A DNA stretch of 64,000 nucleotides from an uncultured virus (IMG/VR IMGVR_UViG_3300015306_000001) (lineage: Duplodnaviria; Heunggongvirae; Uroviricota; Caudoviricetes): IMG/VR virus record IMGVR_UViG_3300015306_000001; one strand, given 5' to 3'. Of the stretch, positions 28,017-35,518 are shown piece after piece; position 1 is the first letter of the stretch, and each line of letters opens with the position of its first letter. The position numbers were made by a program, and so were the translations under genes. The notes beneath the pieces were generated by a model. It saw only the letters and a program-made list of their open reading frames with translations, was not told where the DNA came from and searched no databases.

Positions 28017-29512
28017 GCGGCAATGATCTTTGGGCCGAAGCCAACGGAAGGCTTACCCGATTTGGTCAGCTTGAGAAGCCGTCCAAATGCTGCGGAACTC
28101 GCATCGACCCGATCTTTCCACTTAGAGCCAGGGAAAAGGCAAAGCTCATCTAGGTAATCGCCGTTCCAATCGCCTTTGACGAGGTACACGTTACCAGCTT
28201 CACACTGAGCCGAAAAAGGCTCGGCTCGCTGCACCTTATCACCGCTTTCTGGTTCGCAGTGAAACTTGAAGCCCGCCAAAAGGGCTGCATAATCCATCTT
28301 CGCGACCTTGCCAGCAGCGCCAGGGTCTTGAGGTACGTTGACTTCTACCTTCTGACCATCGGCTTCAGCGGTAGCAAGGATGCGAGTGCGGACGACGTGC
28401 CCGTCTTCTTGAAACGCGGAGCAATGCTCCACATAGAATCGGCCTGCCTTGTCGCGGCTCATTCGAACACCTGCGGTCCTTGCTGCGGTTTTCTTGGCCG
28501 TAGCAGCCAAATCCCAATGGCGAACCGTGACAGCATCTTTAGGCGCTGTGTCAACGAACTTACCATCGAACCAATGACGCTTGAACAAACCACCTTCGCG
28601 TGCGACGGGGCGCTGTTGAAGCTGACCAGCGATGGCATAGGATGAGGCTAGTTCCTTTTCGAGATCGGATGTGCGCTCTTCGTCAAAGAACTCAGGAAAC
28701 AAAAGCTCGCCATCATGGGTACGGGGATCACGAAAACCAATCCGCGTTTCGCAAGCGCGATCCGGCTCGAACCGCATAGGCAAGCAAAGGTGGACATACC
28801 GCCCATCATTGCGCGACAAGATTTCGCCTGACACGTCTTCTTCATGAAGCCGCTGCATCACGACGACGATAGCAGAATCCTTGTTATTGACGCGCGATGG
28901 GAGTGCTTCGCGAAATGTTGTAATCGTTTCTTGGCGCTGAGCGTCTGACTCGCCTGAGCGAACTGAGTGTGGATCGTCAAGGATTACGCGATGACCACGC
29001 TTGCCCGTCATGCTTGTGAAGGCAGTTGATGAGCGGAAACCACGCTTCTCGTTTTCGAAAAGCCCCTTAGCATTCGCATCACTAGCGAATTTCAGTGGCC
29101 AACGCTTCTGAAACCAATCAGACTCGACAAGCATTCGCATCTTGCGAGAATCACGAAGAGCAAGGTCTTGGGCATAGCTGGTACTCACAAAGCTGTGATG
29201 CGACATGCCTTTTGGACCCCACTCCCATGCCGGCCAGAACACAGACACGAGGAGCGACTTCATAAGCCCAGGAGGGCAGTTGATAAGGAGACGCTTGATT
29301 TCGCCATCCGTAACGGCTTCCAGATGATCGCAGATAGCTTGTGGAGCCCAACCCCAGAGAAGCTCGGTCTGAGGTTCTAGAACATGCCACCCCTGCGCTA
29401 CGAATTCGGCTAGAGAACGTGAGCATTTGCGGCGGCTAAGCTCCGTTTCTATCTGATCGACCGAAGGCAAAGCACTCAAAGGGATCGTTTTAGGCTTTAG
29501 CGAATTGACCAT
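28013..29512 (-). CDS. terL: Terminase large subunit
   Basis: Walker A-like INCPPGLMKS, VILDDPH, VVVMQRLHEED, and RNase H-type nuclease motifs WDLA and DRVDASS. Confidence 0.95.
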   Translation of the reverse strand: MVNSLKPKTIPLSALPSVDQIETELSRRKCSRSLAEFVAQGWHVLEPQTELLWGWAPQAICDHLEAVTDGEIKRLLINCPPGLMKSLLVSVFWPAWEWGPKGMSHHSFVSTSYAQDLALRDSRKMRMLVESDWFQKRWPLKFASDANAKGLFENEKRGFRSSTAFTSMTGKRGHRVILDDPHSVRSGESDAQRQETITTFREALPSRVNNKDSAIVVVMQRLHEEDVSGEILSRNDGRYVHLCLPMRFEPDRACETRIGFRDPRTHDGELLFPEFFDEERTSDLEKELASSYAIAGQLQQRPVAREGGLFKRHWFDGKFVDTAPKDAVTVRHWDLAATAKKTAARTAGVRMSRDKAGRFYVEHCSAFQEDGHVVRTRILATAEADGQKVEVNVPQDPGAAGKVAKMDYAALLAGFKFHCEPESGDKVQRAEPFSAQCEAGNVYLVKGDWNGDYLDELCLFPGSKWKDRVDASSAAFGRLLKLTKSGKPSVGFGPKIIAA

Positions 29513-29969
29513 GTAGCTCTCTTGCCGCTTTCATATAGGCTTCGTGTGCCTCTTCGGCGGTATCGTAATGGCCAAGGTTGATACAAACCTTGTTTACATT
29601 GATTCGGGCTTTATATCGGCCATCGCGCTTCATATACGCAACACCCTTAAAACCAGAAACATTGTCTTTATGAGCCCCACGATTCCGATTATTTTCGCCG
29701 TGAGAAGCCTCTCTAAGATTAATCAAACGGTTATCAGCGCGATCTCCATTGATATGATCTATTTGATACTTAGGATGATTTCCCGTCGCCAGATACCAAG
29801 CAAGCCGATGACCGAGCCAATATTTCTTTTCAAAGTGAACAACTACATATCCTAAAGTGTTCACTCTGCCCGCTCTATTACCACCTAACTGACGAGCGTA
29901 ATCTTTAATCCAAAACAACAAACCCGTGTCTTGATCATAACGAATATAATCTTCAATTTTCATTGGCAT
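29490..29969 (-). CDS. HNH endonuclease with AP2-like DNA-binding domain
   Basis: HRLAW..IDHINGDRADNRLINLRE, SGFKGV, LGHYDTAEEA. Real start likely MPMKIEDY after a TTGACT-17-TATAGT promoter. Confidence 0.9.
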   Translation of the reverse strand: MPMKIEDYIRYDQDTGLLFWIKDYARQLGGNRAGRVNTLGYVVVHFEKKYWLGHRLAWYLATGNHPKYQIDHINGDRADNRLINLREASHGENNRNRGAHKDNVSGFKGVAYMKRDGRYKARINVNKVCINLGHYDTAEEAHEAYMKAARELHGQFAKA

Positions 29970-30050
29970 AACTCCATTTATGGAACTATACCATAATTCG
30001 TAGGAAAAGTCAATAGCGAAATTAAATTCGATCGGCACGCATTTTATGTA

Positions 30051-31391
30051 TTGACACGCGGTTCGGGTGGCGGTAGATTCGTAATCACAGACAACGGAGA
30101 ACGGCAATGCGCCTCAAGACTCATGACGAATTGCTTTCAATCTATCGCCGCTTCTCACGGCGTCAGTTGCTTGATGTTCAGGCAGTCGTGACAAAGCATC
30201 GTGATGCGCCTTATCCAAACGTCAAAGCCTGGGTTGAGCGCACGGACGCCGTGCTTAAGATAATTTGGGCTGAGCGCCTTGCGACTATGATGCCAGAGGC
30301 TTGACCGCCCACCCCAAACCCGCTACACATGGATTGTTGACAGAGGAGAAGAGAGATGCGCTTTAGTATCAGTTACCAAGAATATTTCTTCACGATTTTC
30401 TTAGCTTGGGCTTTTGGATGGACGTTTGGCTATATTATTTTCGCTTGACACCCAACCAATCCTCAGCTACACGTAACAAATAACCAAAGGAAACCGAAAA
30501 ATGATGAAGAAAAACGAACTTAATTTTGCTGGCGATGATAATCGAGTACCCCTGAATATGTATCTAAATGATATGAATCAAATGGTTATTACCCAAGGGC
30601 AAGACATCGTAGTTATCTCACACGAACGCTTCGAAGCTATTCGAGATTTCCTGAACGAAGTAATTAAGCAGAGCGAGCGCGCGCAATGATCACCCTCCGC
30701 TTTACCCAGCCCGGCCACAAGTTCCAGGGCATTTACTCTCTGCCCGCCCACATGCTAGACGAAGCTCGCGCGTTCCTTGTGGCGCGTGGGTATGTTGTGG
30801 AGGAGGGGCGATGAGTGGTTCTGATAAAGGATTTTTACTTATAGGTTTCATTTGGGGGATTGCTGTCTGCGCAATCGCACTAAGTTTGATGATTGGCCCT
30901 GTTAATCAAAAAGCTCTTGACACTTGCGCCAAAACACATAACGTTTATCAGTGTGAAATGGTGGCGGTGCCGAAGATTGGAGAGAAGTGATGAGTGAAAC
31001 AACACCGGGGCCGTGGTTCGTAAGTCATCCAACCAACGAGCCCGACGAATCTAAAGGGTTTATCGTATCGACAACGGAACCTGATTCTTGGGTTGCTTTT
31101 TGCAGGTATGATGGACGGGAAGAGGCGAACGCACTATTGATTGCTCGCGCACCTTCTATGGCCGCTGAAATCGAATCCCTGACTGCTGAGAACGAACGCA
31201 ACCGTCAAGGCTTTGAGTTTCATGCCTCGCTTGCGGATAAGCGATATTGGGAGATCGAATCCCTGACTGCGGAGCGGGATCGGCTGCGCGAGGAAAACGA
31301 GAAGCTTGAAGAATTGCGAAAGGCTTGGCAGTTTGAGGCTAACCGACTAAAAACGCTTTATAACCTCGAAATGTTGAAAGGGGCTAATTAG
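30051..31391 (+). other. Block of small plus-strand genes (e.g. 30107-30304, 30501-30689, 30987-31391) with TTGAC promoters at 30051, 30301 and 30445
   Basis: Repeated promoter-RBS-short ORF units; ends at the hairpin near 31380. Confidence 0.65.
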
Positions 31392-31400
31392 CCCCTTTTC
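31376..31400. terminator. Bidirectional terminator
   Basis: AAAGGGGCTA-AT-TAGCCCCTTTT between convergent ORFs. Confidence 0.7.
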
Positions 31401-31406
31401 CTTTAT

Positions 31407-31481
31407 CTAGAGAACGTGCGTCATAAGCCATACGACCAGGATAACGAGGATGCAGATGCCTAGGATTCGTTCGATCGACAT
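31407..31481 (-). CDS. 24-aa single-transmembrane peptide (not in ORF track)
   Basis: MSIERILGICILVILVVWLMTHVL with AAGGA RBS, facing the terminator. Confidence 0.55.
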   Translation of the reverse strand: MSIERILGICILVILVVWLMTHVL

Positions 31482-31519
31482 GGGGCTATGGTCCTTCTGA
31501 TTATTTTTGGGTTGGATGC

Positions 31520-32595
31520 GAGAAAGTGGTTGACAGGGCCTGGGCGACGGGTTAAGTTCTAATCATCGGAAGCGCCAAGGAGGCCACCATGACCTATACC
31601 GCAAACAAGCTCAACCTTGATGGTTCGCTCTCTCACAAGGAGCTTCTGAACAATATTGATGAGGTCAATCAGTGGCTTGTTGACTTCTATGGCAAGTACG
31701 CTTCGATCCAGATCACTCAAGATCAGACTGGCAAGATTCGTCGCTATACCGATAACGGTCAGGCTTGGGAGCTTCTTCGTTGATCGGCTTTGAAGAGCTT
31801 CGCGTTCCGATGCAACATCAAGGGCGAATGGCACCTTTGTTTGTTGTCGAAAGGAAAACAACATTTGGTTGGGAAATCTGTCGAAGCTTTCTAACTCTAG
31901 AAAAAGCAGAAAGTTACGCTTCTGAATGCTATTTGTTTTCGCCGCGTAATCGCGGAAAAATGCGTGTATCCCAAGAAATTTTATATCTTTAATGAGAGAA
32001 AGTGGTTGACAGGGATTTGGGGTAGGGCTATAACTTAATCATCGAAACGCCGACAACCGGAGAAACCCAATGACCAAGCTGCTTTACACCACGAAGGAAG
32101 ACAAGGCCCTTGTTGCTCTCATGCTCCTGAACGAAGGCGTCAAGACCCGTACCAAGATGCTGCCGCGCGGCTTCCGCGTCGTATTTGATGGTTCTTGGGA
32201 GACGGTTGCTCGCGTCCTGAACGAGAATGGCTTTCGCACCACAAGCGGGGACTTCGGTCGCGCTTCCTGCGAGTCTGGCGAAGTGTTCGTGACTTGGAAG
32301 GCCGCATAATGAACCCGATATCCCACAAGACAAGGACCGGGCGAGGCAATATTATCCCAGGTTATCAGAACGTTCGAAACAACGGCTTTATGGTGTTCAC
32401 AAAGAAGCATGAGAAAGGGCATTTGACTTGGCGCGCCTGCCATGCAAATTGTCTTTTGATGGCTTCATTTCATCGGGCAATGCCTGAGCATCATGCGATC
32501 TATATGGATAAGGCTAGACAGCTACGAAAAAGAGGGACTTGGCTTTAGATTTTGGTTGACAGGGTTTCGGCCGTGTGCGAATATCAATCATCGGA
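31520..32595 (+). repeat. Three copies of a promoter module (GAGAAAG)TGGTTGACAGGG-N-AATCATCG at 31520, 31996 and 32553
   Basis: 19 nt identical in copies 1 and 2, 12 nt in copy 3; AATCATCG lies 30-31 nt after each TTGACA. Confidence 0.85.
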
Positions 32596-33262
32596 AGACG
32601 GCAAACAAAGGCAACTCAAATGTACGAACTCTGCGCTCTCCTCTCTTCTAACTCGCCCAAGGCTAAGAAGATCCGCAAGCCTGCCGCCAAGGCCATCAAG
32701 GTTGGTTCTTCGGTTACGATTCAGGGACGCTCGGCCACCATCACGGGCCGCGATCATAAGTATGCTAACGCTTGGTTCGCTTCGTTCGATGGCATTGCCT
32801 CGCCCTACAGCTTCTCCCGCGACATGATCAAGGTTCTCTAATGCGTGTTTATTATGTGTCAGCGATTAACGGGAAGCGGGTTAGCCTGATGGTCGGCCCG
32901 TTTTCGCAACAGCAAGAAGCTATCGATCTTGTGAACGAAGCTAGGCGAGTTGCTTCTGAACTCGATTCATGGTCGGATTTCTGGCATTGGGGAACGCTTT
33001 CGATTGATGAATCTGGTGCGCCAGAAGGAACAATGAATTCCTATTTTGCTTCAAATTTCTAGTTGACAAGCCCCAAACCACGGGCTATGTTGTGGGTGTT
33101 GAGAACGGAGAGATGAGATGAGTAGGGAATTTGACGGAAAGGTTGTCGAATCGCTTGAAAAAGGCGAACGATATTTTATTATTTACTTCACAGATGGGAG
33201 CCGAATAGAAGTTGAGGCAAGAGGTTCCGAAGAATTCTGGATTGAGGTGACTGAAAACAATT
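31589..33262 (+). other. Small early-type genes in cassettes (31589-31783, ~31790-31992, 32070-32309, 32309-32548, ~32620-32841, ~32841-33062, ~33113-33262)
   Basis: Short ORFs, two per promoter module; starts partly estimated. Confidence 0.6.
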
Positions 33263-33283
33263 AAAGGCCCTTCGGGGCCTTTA
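33263..33283. terminator. Bidirectional terminator
   Basis: AAAGGCCC-TTCG-GGGCCTTT between the early genes and terS. Confidence 0.75.
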
Positions 33284-33709
33284 CTTTTGCCCCAACTTCG
33301 AAAGCAGTTCTTCCAGAACCGCGTCGGATAGGCCGGTGATGTCAAGCGATTGCTTGGACTCGATAGGGCCTCCGTCTTTGCCCGTGACCTCTGTGTGGGT
33401 CTTCTCTAGCCAATCGGCAGGGGCGGCGTTCTTGAGGGCGAAGATCATGGCCGTTACACGCGGACCCATGGTCGAAGTAGTAAGCTGGTCCTCAAGGAAG
33501 GCTTGACGCTTGGCCCTTGCCAGGGCTACAAGCTCGCCAAAATCCTCATGCTTCTTTTCCCACTCATAGACGCGCTCGCGATGGATATCGCAAAGCGCAG
33601 CAGCCGCAGTCAGCGAGAGACCACGGCCCATATGCTCTAGAATTTTCTCGCCAAGGTCGGGTGTGTATTTAGTTGGCCGACCACCTTTATTGACTTGGCC
33701 ATCAGCCAT
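33281..33709 (-). CDS. terS: Terminase small subunit
   Basis: GGRPTKYTP HTH start, MIFALKN..WLEK and EVTGKDGGPIE motifs. Confidence 0.9.
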   Translation of the reverse strand: MADGQVNKGGRPTKYTPDLGEKILEHMGRGLSLTAAAALCDIHRERVYEWEKKHEDFGELVALARAKRQAFLEDQLTTSTMGPRVTAMIFALKNAAPADWLEKTHTEVTGKDGGPIESKQSLDITGLSDAVLEELLSKLGQK

Positions 33710-33760
33710 TGCGGATTATTTCCTTTTAGTGTTCGGAAACTTACATACATTGATGAATGT

Positions 33761-33871
33761 ATCAGGACGGAACCCGCTCTATCCGAGAGTCAGCGGGCTC
33801 TATATGCAAGCGGGTCTGATCGGAGTCTCCCGCGAAGACGGACACCGTTACCGGGCCATAGACATCCTGAT
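33761..33871 (-). ncRNA. Candidate structured ncRNA B (~111 nt) downstream of tRNA-Trp
   Basis: Closing stem AUCAGGAUG/CGUCCUGAU; internal hairpins CCG-GUAA-CGG, GUCUUC-GCGG-GAGAC and GAGCCCGCU/AGCGGGUUC. Confidence 0.5.
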
Positions 33872-33873
33872 TC

Positions 33874-33951
33874 TGGCGGCGCGCACCTGGATTCGAACCA
33901 GGGATCACGGTTTTGGAGACCGATGCTTTAGGCCAGCTAAGCTATACGCCC
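33874..33951 (-). tRNA. tRNA-Trp (CCA)
   Basis: Cloverleaf with loop CU-CCA-AA, T-loop UUCGAAU and encoded CCA; one bulged G in the acceptor stem. Confidence 0.85.
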
Positions 33952-33956
33952 ATATT

Positions 33957-34033
33957 TGGTTGCGGAGATCGGATTCGCACCGATGACCTCTTGGTTATGA
34001 GCCAAGCGCACTACTAGACTGTGCTACTCCGCG
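33957..34033 (-). tRNA. tRNA-Met (CAU), initiator-like (C1:A72)
   Basis: CGCGGAG...CU-CAU-AA...CUCCGCA-ACCA; atypical D and T loops. Confidence 0.85.
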
Positions 34034-34037
34034 AAAC

Positions 34038-34113
34038 TGGTCTAGGTGGCAAGACTCGAACTTGCGACAACTCGCGTCCAAGGCGAGAACTCTACCGACT
34101 GAGCTACACCCAG
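34038..34113 (-). tRNA. tRNA-Pro (UGG)
   Basis: CUGGGUG/CACCUAG acceptor stem, A73, loop CU-UGG-AC, encoded CCA. Confidence 0.9.
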
Positions 34114-34242
34114 AAACGAAACGGGCACCGGGGCCGAAGCCCCGTCTGATATTTATACAGCTTGGCCCTTATATCAAGCTGTCTTGGAATCCTTGCGGAC
34201 CCGGAATTGGCGCTTAAGCAGCGGCCACGCTATCGTAATTAA

Positions 34243-34351
34243 AGTGGATGATCCCATGGGGTCCGATCGAAGAACCTAGCGCATTCCGCTCTATCCAGAT
34301 GTTCCGTGGGGATTGCCCATGCTCGGCTGGTCCTGGTTGTGGTCATCCACT
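34243..34351 (-). ncRNA. Candidate structured ncRNA A (~109 nt) upstream of the tRNAs
   Basis: Perfect 9-bp closing stem AGUGGAUGA/UCAUCCACU; shares GGAUAGAGCGG with RNA B. Confidence 0.45.
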
Positions 34352-34385
34352 AGACGCCATTTTATAGGCGACCTATGAAAATGAG

Positions 34386-34530
34386 GACTAGACGAACCGG
34401 AGGAGAGGACGGCCCGTCTAGTCGCGCTCGCCTAACAACTCAATCAAGAGGAGGCGAGAGACCTCTAAGCCTTTCGCTCAAGGCAGAATGCGCAAGGAGA
34501 GCCAACGCACGAGCCGAGCAGCTTTTGTGA
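34386..34530 (-). ncRNA. Candidate sRNA with anti-Shine-Dalgarno (CUCCU) hairpins, cuckoo/alpha-r14-like
   Basis: Three hairpins carrying UCUCCUU, CCUCCUCUU and UCCUCUCCUC directly after a promoter. Confidence 0.5.
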
Positions 34531-34540
34531 GGATAAGGGT

Positions 34541-34569
34541 AGTATATACGATTTTTTGGGGATTGTCAA
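34541..34569 (-). promoter_or_regulatory. Sigma70 promoter of the ncRNA/tRNA operon
   Basis: TTGACA-17-TATACT. Confidence 0.8.
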
Positions 34570-34754
34570 GCGTTTTTATTTGCTTCAACAACTCTTCGGG
34601 CATACGAAAGCCAACATTTCTGGTAAGCGGCATATTCAGTAGAGCCATAACGGTAAATAGAGGTTTCGTATGGACCACCGGCCATGCAAGAATCCCAACC
34701 GCGATTAAAGGCGCGAATACGATTCATTTTAGCAACAATCTCTTGATCTGTCAT
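34566..34754 (-). CDS. Small protein, possibly Rmf/CrpP-like
   Basis: Start MTDQEIV after AAGGA; RAFNRGW...Y......AYQKCW pattern. Confidence 0.5.
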   Translation of the reverse strand: MTDQEIVAKMNRIRAFNRGWDSCMAGGPYETSIYRYGSTEYAAYQKCWLSYARRVVEANKNA

Positions 34755-34844
34755 TTTACAGTTCCTTTTGTGTTTAGATATGCTCTCATTCGCACGACGT
34801 TGGCCGCTGACGCGGTTTCTAGCGTTTTTGGTAGACAACTAGCC

Positions 34845-35255
34845 CTAATCAAAGAAACGCCCTGTAAGGCGCTCTAATTCGTTTTTTAGTTCATCGGCGC
34901 GAAAGTCACTGAAATAATCGAAGCCATCCCGCCAATTTGCGACTTCGTGGCCATGCACAAACGCTGTGTGCCACGCTTTGTCCCGCCAAATACCGAAAGC
35001 GAATAGCGAAAAACCACCAGAACGCCAGAGCGTCGAGTGCCAAGCGATTTGCGCAGGGCGTATACCGGGTTTCTTGACCCATAACATGCCTTCTTCGGGC
35101 TCCGCGATCTTTAGTTCGACAGGAACAATAACATCCCCCACTAGAACCAAAAGGTCGGCCGCCCCCGTATCAGAACCCCTTCCTGGCTCTACGGCCGAAA
35201 TCCATCCTTTGTAAGAGGCACGAAAGGCCCGTTTATAATCAGTTTCCGATGGCAC
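34845..35255 (-). CDS. VRR-NUC / PD-(D/E)xK nuclease (resolvase-like)
   Basis: GTG start after AGGAGA; GAADLL..VELK..IRPAQIAWH motif. Confidence 0.75.
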   Translation of the reverse strand: MPSETDYKRAFRASYKGWISAVEPGRGSDTGAADLLVLVGDVIVPVELKIAEPEEGMLWVKKPGIRPAQIAWHSTLWRSGGFSLFAFGIWRDKAWHTAFVHGHEVANWRDGFDYFSDFRADELKNELERLTGRFFD

Positions 35256-35284
35256 AAAACGTCTCCTATTCAGTCTTGAATAAC

Positions 35285-35518
35285 GCAAACCCTTATTTTC
35301 TAGGGCTTTCAAAAATTAGTATTCCAAAATACAGCTAAAAGTGAAAACTTTTTAAAGCGTATATATATTACTACTATTCTTCTTCTTCTTACTTATAGAA
35401 AAGAGATAGAATATGGAATACTAAAAAGAACACATTAATAAAAACAATCACTTACGCTATTCCGTTGCTATTCCGGTTTAAGAAAAACATCCCAAACCGG
35501 AATACACTTTGAATACGG
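35285..35518 (+). repeat. AT-rich iteron element, copy B (candidate origin next to the primase-helicase stop)
   Basis: (G/C)TATTCC/GGAATAC at 35319, 35415, 35457, 35468 and 35499; 18-nt AAAAGTGAAAACTTTTTA shared with copy A. Confidence 0.75.

Noticed and set aside
29490..30107. HNH as part of a group I intron in terL
   Set aside because: terL appears complete from 29512 and I could not see intron core motifs; the 205-aa call also extends through a promoter. A cmscan would settle it.
31520..32595. Repeated module as a CRISPR or integron attC array
   Set aside because: Spacing is about 500 bp, the repeat matches a sigma70 promoter, and there is no attC palindrome or integrase.
33663..33986. 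Plus-strand ORFs over the tRNA region
   Set aside because: They overlap terS and tRNA genes on the opposite strand.
34243..34351. Multiple GGA motifs as a CsrA/RsmA sponge
   Set aside because: The GGAs are not clearly in hairpin loops and the inferred host group mostly lacks CsrA; kept only as an unclassified RNA.
35256..35312. N-terminal extension of the nuclease ORF
   Set aside because: It runs into iteron element B; the GTG at 35255 has a good RBS.
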